Shown piece by piece: positions 23,913 to 38,070 of a stretch of 64,000 nucleotides of DNA (position 1 is its first letter; each line of letters begins with the position of its first letter). The DNA lies in contig OX597827.1 of assembly GCA_951406725.2 (NCBI GenBank), forward strand, positions 81,344,001 to 81,408,000. Direction: 5' to 3'. The notes below the pieces were generated by a model. It was given only the letters and a program-made list of their open reading frames with translations, was not told the origin of the DNA and made no database searches. The DNA is from Octopus vulgaris (taxonomy: Eukaryota). Both the position numbers and the translations under genes were made by a program.

Positions 23913-25592
23913 AACCACATTTCTGCCAAGGAAAAAAGATATTGTTACACAGACAGACTCTGGAATATTCTGTGAGGATCTTACCATCTTACCATAGTGG
24001 AATATTTGATGGACACATTCTTAACAACACACACACAAACACACACACTAGAATCACAAACACAGACACACATAAGACTGTAGTTGTACACACACACCTA
24101 CACACATTACATCAATGCACACACAGAAAGACACATTAACACATTCATACAAATTTTCACCCTATGTGTATACACACACAAACACACTTTATCCCCATGC
24201 TAATATCCAGTTTTTCCTATACATTCCTAGCTAGGCTTGAACCCATTCAACTCTATATCACACAATTTGTTGCATTCCTTTGCTGTCTTCTTTCTCAGGT
24301 TCCCATCTCCCTCTGTCTCTCTTGGATTTCCTCTCCCCCAGACTCCTTCCAGTTCCTCCAACGACATCCTTACTCAACTGCAACCATCTATTTACATCTC
24401 AGATCTACACAACCACACCCATGTCATTTCTACCAAACACCTAGCCCCTACCTCCCCGTTTCTGTACTACACCTGATATTCCTTTAGCCAGGTTTCCTTT
24501 CATCTAATCTCTCTCTTCTTGCTCAATACTCACCAAAATTACACAAGACAGTGGGGATTACTTGCTTCCTTTCTTACCAACTTCTACATCTGAATGTTCA
24601 ACATTCAATACCTTTGTCTTATTGCTAAGCAGTACTTTTTTTTTGTAATACAAGACTAACAAGCAATCTACACATCATTTGCAGTGAGATTACTTTTGTT
24701 GCCAGCAGTGATAAAAGAACCCTGACCTTCTTTTACTGTAGTTTTCTTCTGGCAACAATGCACTCAGGACACACTCGTCTACTATTGATTGTGCTTCATT
24801 CAATTGGTGGGTGTTGGGACACAAAAACCAATGCCCAGCTATCCCCCAAAACCAGTCTCTAACAATATCCCTACTTAAATGCTGATAAATATTCTGATAG
24901 TCTAATAATTCATCAAAGCATACGATATAGTTATCACAGGCTGTTAGCTGATGATGATGATGATGATATATATATATATATATAAACACACATATACATA
25001 TATATACTTACATATATGATAATATATATATTCATATATATCTGTATACAGATATAATATATATATAGATATATATGTATATACACACATACACATACAT
25101 ATGTAGATATACACACATATACACAGATATAATTATATATATAAATATATTTATATATAAAAGTATACATATATAATAAGTGTGTGTGTGTGTGTATAAA
25201 GTATAATCTGTCAGAAGGCAGCCAAGAGGTAAAAAGAGAGACAAACCATCAGGCAGGTGACTAAAGACTAGCCACATGCAACCATACATAAATATACATA
25301 TATAAATATTTACATACAATCATGTTTTTAAACACAACATATACGTATCCTCTATTGTATATCTATATACAACAACACACCAACTCGTTTCCCAACACAA
25401 CTGATAGTTTTACTACACATCACACATCGTTACAACACACCAGCATTACACAACACTCCATTGTTATACTATAAACCATACAACTACAAACTGTGTATAT
25501 TTACACAGCACACAGTCTATACACAGCTCTTATGACACACACACATCACTGCAGTATATGTGTAGAAGCAGTGTGTGTGTGTGTGTGTGTGT

Positions 25593-25659
25593 GCAGCAGA
25601 CTACAGCAGCAGAAACAACAGCAGCAGTAGTTACAGCCTGAGATCCACATCTCTACTAC

Positions 25660-25691
<32 letters not shown>

Positions 25692-25751
25692 GACACACCA
25701 CTAGACACTCCCTCACACACTGCCACACTGATTATGGATGAGACAATGGAG
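25593..25751 (+). other. Unit 2 leader exon (5' end approximate)
   Basis: Same block as unit 1; uATG at 25734; GAG|gtaagt. Confidence 0.7.
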
Positions 25752-27054
25752 GTAAGTCTACATCTATCTTCTTTCATTTCCCATCTTTCCTCTTTAATAT
25801 CAGGTGAAAATATATAAGAGACAAGAGAACACCAAAGGGACATTCAGAGAAACACCCTTATATCACTCACAAATATCAGCAAATATTTTACTCACAACAT
25901 ACAACTTCACTGGGCAAAATACTAACTATTATTATTATTATTACTATTATTAGATTATTTAATAATCCAGTGTCATTTCACAAATATTCTGGTTCTATAT
26001 TGATAGAGTTTATAATAATTGTTATTGTTTTAGTCTCCTATGTTGTTGGTTCGGTGAAATTAGATGCAAAGTTTGTCTCACTAAATCTCATTTTTCACAG
26101 GAAATCTCCATTTTGTCTTCACAACATTCCGTCTCTTCTCTTTAGCCAGATTATTTCATTTGTAGATTTCCTGCAGACACACTAACAATATATCATTATA
26201 TTCCCAGAAATATTTCTTACTTAATATTTCTCTATTCATTTTATCATATCACAATGTATAAATGATGTTCTAAAAGCATTTATAGAAACGATTTAACGAA
26301 GGAGGTCTTCATAATGAATCTATAATCACAGAGTAGCAGATATCGTTCTGATGTCAGACATGGTTGTTTGAGGGATTGTGTGAGCAATTTGTTGTGGAAA
26401 ATATATTTTAGTGTCAAAGTGAAGACAACAAGACATAGAAATACAAGTGGATCTTTTTTTTCTGTGGTGTGTGTGGATTAGTAATGTTCAAAAAATAATA
26501 ATAATATTAATAATGATAGCCATTCGTTAGACACATTGTTGTATATTGTGAATAGCAGCAGACATTTTGCTGTGATACAGAGTCATTTAGTGATTAATTT
26601 TCTTACGTACATATATATATATATATATATATCTGTGTTTGGTTCTGTCAGTATTTATTGTTTAAGATATCGTTCAGTGTATATATTAACATTTCAGCAT
26701 GACCTATACATTGTATATTGTTAATTTAGTTTATAATCACTGGTGTATATATTTTTAAACATGGCCATATAATGATGAGAAATCTTGCTTGTTGAAGCGT
26801 TTTCTTTCTGTTGTTCTTCAATTTCTTATATACACTCGTCATTATCTTTCACTAATTATATATTTGTTTGTGAATCACAAACTGTATGTTTAGAGTTATT
26901 CTATATTGACATTTGTAAATTTGTTGAATAGTCTTCAGTACAGAATGTATATTTACTGTGTATAGTATTCAGAAGTGAGTGTATACATTAATTCTCCAAA
27001 ACTATATCTGTGAGACTACTAACTATATAAATACACACACACCTACATATATAA

Positions 27055-27125
<71 letters not shown>

Positions 27126-27400
27126 TATTACATACATACACACAGAACATTCTCAATGAATGTGATTCATCTCTCATAGAAGTATAATGGTTCATAAGAA
27201 TTGTTATAAATGTGTATCTGCCAAAACTACACTTGTCTGTCTGTCTGTCTGTCTTTCTCTCTCTCTCTCTCTCACTCCTCTCTCTCTCTCTCTCTCTCTC
27301 TCACCCTTCTCTCTCTCTTTCTCACATGCACACACACACACACATTCTTATTTCTATAACACGGAATACAGTATTGTTGTTATATTTCAATATATTTTAG

Positions 27401-27530
27401 GGCCATTTCCAACGGAAGGGACCAAAACACTGAAGCCCAACTCTGTTCTCACCAAAATGGGATGACTTTAAGTTATTAACTTGAAGAAATCCTGTCTTTT
27501 AATTTGGATATTGAAGAATTCCTACTTTTG
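27401..27530 (+). other. Unit 2 second 5'UTR exon
   Basis: tattttag|GGCC ... TTTG|gtaagg, 130 nt. Confidence 0.65.
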
Positions 27531-28708
27531 GTAAGGTTTTCTGATTTCTTTAAAGGATTTGTTATCCAAACATTATTGTTCAATACAGTTTTAAATGTAT
27601 TTATTTTCTGAAACGAGATCTTAATTTTCCTTTGAAGTCTAGATTAATTAATTATAACTGTTGTTAATATATTATAAATAAATTTATGACACTTTTTTCA
27701 TCTGTAAGAGAGTAAAAGGGGCCTATTTAAGGGTTAACTTGCACTTATATATGAGTACCTTTACAAGGAGACACATAAATGAAAATATAGACACATGGAA
27801 TCAGTGAAAGACAGAGGGAGAGAGAGAAGAAGAAGGAGAAGCCTGTGGCTAGGATCCTTTAGGGATGAAGGTTTTGTTTTAATTAAAAAACTGGCTGTTG
27901 TTAATTTGAAGATGTGAATGATTAAGATCCAATAATTTTGATAACATTTATTGTCTGATAAAATTATCTGAGAATTTGAGTGGGTAATTAATAATGAAAT
28001 AGATAGATAGATAGAATAGATAGATAAATAGTGATATATATATATATATATATATATGGAGAGAGAGAGCGAGAGAGAGATAGGTAACCATCATCACCGA
28101 ATTTTGATGCTGAATGAAGAATGAAAGGATAGCTTGCAATGTCCCTACGGTTAAATATCCGCAGTTCTGTTACTTCATGGAAAAGCTAGTGAACAGAAAA
28201 AGATGACGATATCAACATTTTAAAGAAAATATCCAATGGAGACAAGAAATTTCTGACTATAATATTCCAAGTCTCCAACTCTGAAGCTAAAATAAGGGAG
28301 ATAATAAAACATTCTACGCACAAATAAATGCAGTTACCTCCCGTTACTATTTTCTGTATCTTAACGTTTAAGGAAATATTCAAAACTACTTCGAAAATGT
28401 CAGAAATTCTTGTCAAATACCCTATTTCCACTTTCTTTTAACAAACCAAGAATTTATATCCCTTCTCTTCATAGATGAGAATTTAGGGTAAAAACACTTA
28501 AATTCGGGAAACTTTGAACAAAACTTAATGTCCCATAAATATTAACACCTTTCTTTCAAGTCTCCCATAATAGTTTTGAAATTTTAAACAATTTCGACGG
28601 AAGATTCTTTCCAAAACCTCAACATTTCAGTGAAATTTTTCAATAAAAATATTCTATTTTCTTCTGTAATTTCAGATAAGCTCACGAGATATGATTTAAC
28701 ATTCTGTG

Positions 28709-31132
28709 ATGGAAGTAGGCTGTGTGTGGAATACATACTTACTTGCAAATGTCCTCAATCTATTACTACACAGTTGTGTCTGTGTAGATCTGAGCTATCA
28801 TGTAGAAGAAGAAAGCAGTCCCTTTACTTTTGTTGGGGATATTGCTGCTGACACACAGATGGAAGAAACGGACTCTCTTGTGGGAAATAACTTCATCACA
28901 TACAACCAAATGCAACAGCAATGGACAGAGAATTCACATTTATTCAATGTCACACAAGATGGTAAATTGTACACGGCTCAAACATTGGATGCTGAGAAAC
29001 TGTGTACATACGAATCAGAATGTGTTAGATACATCAAAGTTGCTGTACATAGAAGGAAGACATTTTTGAAAGTTATTAAAATTAAAGTAATTATAGAAGA
29101 CATTAATGATCACAGCCCTGAGTTTCCTCAAAAAGAAATAAATATGACATTTGATGAGCGTGATGGAGAAGGTGCTGAAGAATTAATTCCAGATGCCTTT
29201 GACAAAGATGTTGGAATGGAAAACTCTGAAATTACATATAAATTAAAGAAACAATTTAGCGATCCATTTATATTGTCTGTGAGGAAAACTATCACTGGAG
29301 GGGCAAAGATAGGAATTATTCTTGGAGACAAACTAGACAGAGAAATACAAGATAGTTACAATCTAGAAGTGATAGCTAATGATGGAGGACAGCCTTCGAA
29401 ACAAGGAATTTTACATGTTCATATAAAAATAATTGATGTGAATGATAACTCACCAGTTTTTTCACAACATATTTACAATATTTCCATCAAAAATACACAT
29501 CCTAACAACAACCCTATTTTGACATTGTCTGCAAAAGACCCAGATTCTGGCAATAATGGTAAAGTGTCTTATTTTTTTAGTTCAAAAACACCAGAACGCA
29601 CAAGACAGTATTTCAGACTGAACCAACAAACTGGGGAATTATTTGTAGAAAAACCATTAACATCACAAACAAAGAATATTCTCAAGATGTATGTGGAGGC
29701 CAAAGATGGAGGGAATCCTTCTTTAAATTCCTTTGCCATTGTACGGGTGAATATTCTCAATGAAAAGAACCATCCCCCCAAAATAGGGATCAATTTTGTG
29801 TCTGAATTGAAGAAGGACACTGCAGCTATTTATGAAGGAACTAAAGTGGGCAGTTATCTAGCTTATGTGAATGTGGTGGACAACGATTTTGGAGCAAATG
29901 GAGAAGTGAGTTGTAAATTAGAACATGATAAAGTTGTCCTCTCACATTTAGGATCAAAGGAATACAAGATTACTCTGAAGAAACCACTTGACAGAGAAAC
30001 ATTAGACCATTTTAACATGAGAATTGTGTGTGAAGACAATGGAAGCCCTGCTTTAAAGACGGAGAGAAAGATCTCAATCCAAGTAATGGATGTGAATGAT
30101 GTGCAACCGCAATTTACCAAAGATACATTCCACTTCCTCACCTATGAGAATGGTAAAGCAAACTTTCCTATAGGTTTTATCAATGCCACTGACCCAGACC
30201 TGGCAAGTGCTGGTCAACTGACGTTCTCACTGTTGAGTAAAGACAGAAATAACATACCGTTCCAGGTGAGTGATTATGGTTTTATTACCAGCAACATACC
30301 ATTGGACAGAGAAGAAGAAGACATGTATAAGTTTGAGGTTTTTGTCAAAGACAATGGTAAACCGTCGTTGAATAACACAGCGAATGTTGTTGTTGAGGTT
30401 TTAGACAGAAACGACAATAATCCGTATTTCATCTACCCTACAACTGACCCTTTCCATATCAATGTCCACTACCGCCCGCAAAGTACCAATGCCATCACTG
30501 TGATTAGAGCGTCTGACAGAGACAGTCATTTAAATGCGTTCCTCAAATATGGAATACTTGACGGTAACAATAAACGCTTGTTTACACTCAACTCTTTAAC
30601 TGGTCAAATGTCTTTCTCGCGTGCACCTCATCTCAACGATGCTGGCTCATACGAACTGGTGCTTGTGGTCAAGGATTCTGGAAGCCCAGTGTTGTCAGCC
30701 ACAACTACTGTGTCTTTGTCATTAAGGGTCACTAACAAGACATCAGCACCGATGCCGACTGTCCACTTAGAGAAGAACAGAACACTGGACGTACCATTAT
30801 TGATTATCCTTGTAGTAGCAGCTGTAATAGTAGCTGTGGTGATTGTAGTGTCGATCACACTGTGTATTGTGAAATGTAGCAGTGGTCAGTCTCGCTCTGC
30901 CAAGAACGCTAGGAAAGGTGTTAATAGGTCAGCTATATGTAACAGAATTGATCAACCTTTACCGTGTCAGAGCAGCAGTATTCCTGGTACCCCAGTGAGG
31001 TACTCTTCAGAGATGAATAATAGAAACATGCCATTTGTGGAATGTAAGGAAGATTTCTACCCGCAGTATGAGTCTCAGATTGATTGGTCAAACGTGGGTA
31101 CCCTGGAGAAGAGTCCACCCAATACAATATTG
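28709..31132 (+). CDS. Pcdh: Protocadherin unit 2, main coding exon (808 codons)
   Basis: Same architecture as unit 1; acceptor at 28676, donor gtaagt at 31133. Confidence 0.95.
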
Positions 31133-31214
31133 GTAAGTATAAGTTTACAAAAAAAGCCTCTCCCCATTGCTAACTCCACTGCATGTCACCTTTGGGAAAT
31201 ATCTTCTACTATAC

Positions 31215-31356
31215 TTGTTGGCATCAGGAAGGGCATCCATCTGTGGAAACTCTGCCAGATCAAGACTGGAGCCTTGTGCTGCCATCTGGTTGCCAGCCCT
31301 CTGTCAAAACTGTCCAACCCATGCTAGCATTGAAAATGGACGTTAAACGATGATGA
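31215..31356 (+). mobile_element. RTE-type 3' tail / SINE insertion specific to unit 2
   Basis: ttggcatcaggaagggcatcca...gttaaacgatgatgat; absent at the homologous site in unit 1 (about 23350). Confidence 0.7.
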
Positions 31357-31440
31357 TATAGACTTGAGTTGGTCAAAGCCTTATGAGAAGATTTGGTTGA
31401 TAGAAACTGAAAAATCACCTTCTATATATATGTATATATA

Positions 31441-32689
31441 TTAGGTTCACAACTAAGTTCCCGCTGTCTTTTTAAATTAAATCTTATTAAAAGATTTAAT
31501 ATAGAATAACAACTAATTAATCAATAATGTATTCATCCTTGTTGTTTAAAACTTCTTCCCAACTTTTAACAAGATTTCCAATACCTTGTTGGTAGAAATC
31601 ACCTGACTTCGATTCGAAAAATTGATCCAACCATGCTCTCAATTCTGCATCAATATTGAATGAAACTCCATGCATAGCATTTGAAAGAGATCGAAAGAGG
31701 TGGAAATCCGTTGGTGCCAAATAGGGAGAGTACAGCGGGTGTGGCAGCACTTCCCAGCCATGCGTTGGAATGGCTTCCTTGATCATATTGGTGATACGAG
31801 GGCGGGAGTTGCTGTGCAGCAGAAGAACTCCATGCTAAACATTAGGTTTTTTCCTCTTGAATAGCCATGTTGAACATAGAGTTCCACATTGACCGTTTGG
31901 TTCCATTCAAGCATTTCGTAATGGACAATCCCTTCCGAGTCCCACCATACGCACAACATCGTTTTACATGGATGCAGATCTTGTTTCATGTGCAGTGTCA
32001 CTCTACTGGGGCTAAGCCATTCCTTATGCTGCTTCATATTGATGTACAGACATCAATTTCCATCACCAGTAACGATTCGGTAAAGAAATCATTGCTTGTG
32101 TCCATGAGTTGAGCGGTGACATGCAAGCAACACAGCAGAGATTGTGGCTCATTGATTTCTGTTGTTGTCACTTAAAGCATGCGGAACCTATGCTCAATAA
32201 TTTTTTAACCTTTCCCATCGAGTGAAGATGCGTCTCTATAGCAGTGTAGGAGCATTCCATTTTCTCTGCCAGCTCCCTTGTTGTTTGATGAGAATTTTCA
32301 TGCCAAGGTTGGTTTAATCGGTCTTCATTGAACTCAACTGGATGGCCAGAACAAAGTGCATCTTTAAAGTCAAAATTTCCATTTTGAACTTGGCATACCA
32401 GTCATGAGTAGTGCTTTCAGCTATGGTACCCACTCCATACACAGCACAAATGTCACGAGCAGCTTTTGCTGCCTTAGAACCTTGATTAAAATCAAAAAGA
32501 AGGAGGAGTTGAAAACGCTTGTTTTTCTTAAATTGATGTTCTATTTTAAGGATATGAAAATAAACAAAAAATAACTAAAATTAACAAGAAAAAAAAACAA
32601 TAGATTCCAAAGTGATTCAAAAACAGAAATCTCGGAAAAAAATAGATTCCAAAATAAAAAAAAACGCGGTAACTGATTTGCCAACCCAG
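31441..32689 (-). mobile_element. Decayed mariner (DD34D-type) in unit 2 intron 3
   Basis: KTMLCVWWDSEGIVHYEML and WEVLPHPLYSPYLAPTDFHLFRSL; degenerate TIRs with TA flanks; empty site in unit 1 (about 23430). Confidence 0.88.
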
Positions 32690-33140
32690 TATATATTAAT
32701 GAGTGTGTGTCTTTGTGTCTTGATCTGGTGAAACAAATCGCATGAGCCCAGTAGTTAGCAGGATTTATCTGGATTTACCTTCTCTTAGACGACCTGCTAA
32801 AGAGCTGAAGGGTTTCATCTGCCCTGGGCTTGTTATGATGTCTGTAAATCATCTCGATGCCATTCCATGAAATGCTAATTAACCCATGACCATGATTTAG
32901 GTGGGTGCTACTACCTGGGGTCAAAGTAGATCTGGTAGCAATAGAGGCTAAGAAATAGTCCCACACTTCTCAAAACTGGAACTTCTGAAGAAGGCCCCCT
33001 CCAACCGATGCACTTTAAAGGCCTCTAATATATTGGGTCACCATGATAGCTGTCAGATATATTGTCTGGCATACATTTGAGGTGACATACTTGATTCAAT
33101 GTTCTGTTAAACTCTTTCTCTCTTTCTTTCTCCATTCCAG

Positions 33141-33164
33141 TTACCAACAAGAATTAAAAAATAA
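33141..33164 (+). CDS. Pcdh: Unit 2 terminal coding exon (LPTRIKK*)
   Basis: ctccattccag|TTACCAACAAGAATTAAAAAATAA. Confidence 0.65.
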   Translation, partial: LPTRIKK

Positions 33165-34212
33165 AACCACATTTCTGCCAAGGAAAAAAGATATTGTTAC
33201 ACAGACAGACTCTGGAATATTCTGTGAGGATCTTACCATCTTACCATAGTGGAATATTTGATGGACACATTCTTAACAACACACACACAAACACACACAC
33301 TAGAATCACAAACACAGACACACATAAGACTGTAGTAGTACACACACACCTACACACATTACATCAATGCACACACAGAAAGACACATTAACACATTCAT
33401 ACAAATTTTCACCCTATATGTATACACACACAAACACACTTTATCCCTGTGTTAATATCCAGTTTTTCCTATACATTCCTAGCTAGGCTTGAACCCATTC
33501 AACTCTATATCACACAATTTGTTGCGTTCCTTTGCAGTCTTCTTTCTCAGGTTCCCATCTCCCTCTGTCTCTCTTGGATTTCCCTCTCCCACAGACTCCT
33601 TCCAGTTCCTCCAACGACATCCTTACTCCACTGCAACCATCCATTTACATCTCAGATCTACACAACCACACCCATGTCATTTCTACCAAACACCTAGCCC
33701 CTACCTCCCCGTTTCTGTACTACACCTGATATTCCTTTAGCCAGGTTTCCTTTCATCTAATCTCTTCTTCTTGCTCAATACTCACCAAAATTACACAAGA
33801 AAGTGGGGATTAATTGCTTCCTTTCTTACCAACTTCTACATCTGAATGTTCAACATTCAATACCTTTGTCTTATTGCTAAGCAGTACTTGTTTTTGTAAT
33901 ACAAGACTAACAAGCAATCTACACATCATTTGCAGTGAGATTACTTTTGTTGCCAGCAGTGATAAAAGAACCCTGACCTTCTTTTACTGTAGTTTTCTTC
34001 TGGCTACAATGTACTCAGGACACACTCGTCTACTATTGATTGTGCTTCATTCAATCGGTGGGTGTTGAGACACAAAAACCAATGCCCAGCTGTCCCCGAA
34101 AACCAGTCTCTCACAATATCCCCTACTTAAATGCTGATAAATATTCTGATAGTCTAATAATTCATCAAAGCATACGAGATAGTTATCACCAGCTGTTAGC
34201 TGATGATGATGA

Positions 34213-34250
<38 letters not shown>

Positions 34251-34419
34251 TTACATATATGGTGATATATATATTTATATATATCTGTATAGATATAATA
34301 TATATATAGATATATATGTATATACACACATACACATACATATGTAGATATACACACATATACACAGATATAATATATATATAAATATATTTATATATAA
34401 ATGTATACAGATATAATAA

Positions 34420-34450
<31 letters not shown>

Positions 34451-34843
34451 AAGTATAATCCGTCAGAGGGCAACCAAGAGGTAAAAAGAGAGACAAACCA
34501 TCAGGCAGGTGACTAAAGACTAGCCACATGCAACCATACATAAATATACATATATAAATATTTACATACAATTACGTTTTTAACACACGATAAACGTATC
34601 CTCTATTGTATATCTAAATACAACAACACACTAACTCGTTTCCCAACACAACCGATAGAGTTACTACACATCACACATCGTTACAACACACCAGCATTAC
34701 ACAACACTCCATTGTTAGACTATAAACCATAGAACTACAAACTGTGTATATTTACACAGCACACAGTCTATACACAGCTCTTATGACACACACACATCAC
34801 TGCAGTATATGTGTAGAAGCAGTGTGTGTGTGTGTGTGTGTGT

Positions 34844-34909
34844 GCAGCAGACTACAGCAGCAGAAACAACAGCAGCAGTAGTTACAGCCTGAGATCCACA
34901 TCTCTACTA

Positions 34910-34944
<35 letters not shown>

Positions 34945-35004
34945 GACACACCACTAGACACTCCCTCACACACTGCCACACTGATTATGGATGAGACAAT
35001 GGAG
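34844..35004 (+). other. Unit 3 leader exon (5' end approximate)
   Basis: uATG at 34987; GAG|gtaagt. Confidence 0.7.
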
Positions 35005-35859
35005 GTAAGTCTACATCTATCTTCTTTCATTTCCCATCTTTCCTCTTTAATATCAGGTGAAAATATATAAGAGACAAGAGAAAACCAAAGGGACATTCAG
35101 AGAAACACCCTAATATCACTCACAAATATCAGCAAATGTTTTACTCACAACATACAACTTCACTGGGCAAAATACTAACTATTATTATTATTATTATTAT
35201 TATTAGATTATTTAATAATCCAGTGTCATTTCACAAATATTCTGGTTCTATATTGATAGAGTTTATAATAATTGTTATTGTTTTAGTCTCCTATGTTGTT
35301 GGTTAGGTGAAATTAGATGCAAAGTTTGTCTCACTAAATCTCATTTCTCACAGGAAATCTCCATTTTGTCTTCACAACATTCCGTCTCTTCTCTTTAGCC
35401 AGATTATTTCATTTGTAGATTTCCTGCAGACACTCTAACAAAATATCATTATATTCCCAGAAATATTTCTTACTTAATATTTCTCTATTCATTTTATCAT
35501 ATCACAATGTATAAATGATGTTCTAAAAGCATTTATAGAAACGATTTAACGAAGGAGGTCTTCATAATGAATCTATAATCACAGAGTAGCAGATATCGTT
35601 CTGATGTCAGACATGGTTGTTTGAGGGATTGTGTGAGCAATTTGTTGTGGAAAATATATTTTAGTGTCAAAGTGAAGACAACAAGACATAGAAATACAAG
35701 TGGATCTTTTTTTCTGTGGTGTGTGTGGATTAGTAATGTTGAAAATAATAATAATAATATTAATAATGATAGCCATTCGTTAGACACATTGTTGTATATT
35801 GTGAATAGCAGCAGACATTTTGCTGTGATACAGAGTCATTTGGTGATTAAATTTCTCAC

Positions 35860-35905
<46 letters not shown>

Positions 35906-36302
35906 GTGTTTGGTTCTGTCAGTATTTATTGTTTAAGATATTGTACAGTGTATATATTAACATTTCAGCATGAGCAATATGTTGTATATTGTTAACTTAG
36001 TGTATAATCACCGGTGTATATATTTTTAAATATGCTTGTTGAACCTTTTCTTTCTGTTGTTCTTCAATTTCTTATATACACTCGTCATTATCTTTCACTA
36101 ATTATATATTCGTTTGTGAATCACAAACTGTATGTTTAGAGTTATTCTATATTGAAATTTGTAAATTTGTTGAATAGTCTTCAGTACAGAATGTATATTT
36201 ACTGTGTATAATGTTTAGAAGTGAGTGTATACATTAATTCTCCAAAACTATATCTGTGAGATGACTAACTATATAAATATACACACACCTACATATATAA
36301 AT

Positions 36303-36359
<57 letters not shown>

Positions 36360-36649
36360 CATACATATATATATATATGTACATATATACATACACACAG
36401 AACATTCTCAATGAATGTGATTCATCTCTCATAGAAGTATAATGGTTCATAAGAATTGTTATAAATGTGTATCTGCCAAAACTACACTTGTCTGTTTGTC
36501 TGTCTGTCTTTCACTCTCTCTCTCTCACTTCCTTCTCTCTCTCTCTCTCTCTCCCTTCTCTCTCTCTTTCTCACATGCACACACACACACACATTCTTCT
36601 TTCTATAACACGGAATACAGTATTGTTGTTATATTTCAATATATTTTAG

Positions 36650-36779
36650 GGCCATTTCCAACGGAAGGGACCAAAACACTGAAGCTCAGCTCTGTTCTCA
36701 CCAAAATGGGATGACTTTAAGTTATTAACTTGAAGAAATCCTGTCTTTTAATTTGGATATTGAAGAATTCCTACATTTG
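36650..36779 (+). other. Unit 3 second 5'UTR exon
   Basis: tattttag|GGCC ... TTTG|gtaagt, 130 nt. Confidence 0.65.
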
Positions 36780-37086
36780 GTAAGTTTTTCTGATTTCTTT
36801 AAAGGATTTGTTATCCAGAACATTATTGTTCAATACAGTTTTAAATGTATTTATTTTCTGAAATGAGATCTTAATTTTCCTTTCAAGTCTAGATTAATTA
36901 ATTATAACTGTTGTTAATGTATTATGAATAAATTTATGACATGTTTTTCATCTGTAAGAGAGTAAAAGGGGCCTATTTAAGGGTTAACTTGCACTTATAT
37001 ATGAGTACCTTTACAAGGAGACACATAAATGAAAAGATAGACACATTGAATCAGTGAAAGACAGAGGGAGAGAGGGAGAGAGAGAG

Positions 37087-37121
<35 letters not shown>

Positions 37122-37351
37122 AAGAGAAAGAAAGAGAGAAGAAGAAGAAGAAAAAGAAGAAGAAGAAGAAGCCAGTTGCTAGGATCATTTAGGGATGAAG
37201 GTTTTGTTTCAATTAAAAAACTGGCTGTTGTTAAGTTGAAGATGTGAATGATTAAGATCCAATAATTTTGATAACATTTATTGTCTGAGAATTTGAGTGG
37301 GTAATTTATAATGAAATAGATAGATAGATAGAATAGATAGATCGATAGATA

Positions 37352-37422
<71 letters not shown>

Positions 37423-38070
37423 GAGAGAGAGAGCGAGAGAGAGATAGGTAACCATCATCACCAAAATTTGATGCTGAATGAAAAATGAAAGGATAGCTTG
37501 CAATGTCCCTACAGTTAAATATCCGCAGTTCTGTTACTTCATGGAAAAGCTAGTGAACAGAAAAAGATGACGATATCAACATTTTAAAGAAAATATCCAA
37601 TGGAGACAAGAAATTTCTGACTATAATATTCCAAGTCTCCAAGTCAGAAGCTAAAATAAGGGAGATAATAAAACATTCTACGCACCATAAATGCAGTTAC
37701 CTCCCGTTACTATTTTGTCTTACTTTACTTTAAGGAAATATTCAAGACTACTTCGAAAATGTCAGAAATTCTTGTCAAATACCCTATTTCCACTTTCTTT
37801 TAACAAACCAAGAATTTATATCCCTTCTCTTCATAGATGAGAATTTAGGGTAAAAACACTTAAATTCGGGAAACTTTGAACAAAACTTAATGTCCCATAA
37901 ATATTAACACCTTTCTTTCAAGCCTCCCATAATAGTTTTGAAATTTTAAACAATTTCGACGGAAGATTCTTTCCAAAACCTCAAACTTTCAGTGAAATAT
38001 TTCAATAAAAATATTCTATTTTCTTCTGTAATTTCAGATAAACTCACGAGATATGATTTAACATTCTGTG

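Noticed and set aside
25215-25265. Possible CTCF site (cagccaagaggtaaa / ccatcaggcaggtgac) upstream of the leaders
   Set aside because: Poor match to the CTCF consensus, altered in unit 5 and absent from units 1 and 6.
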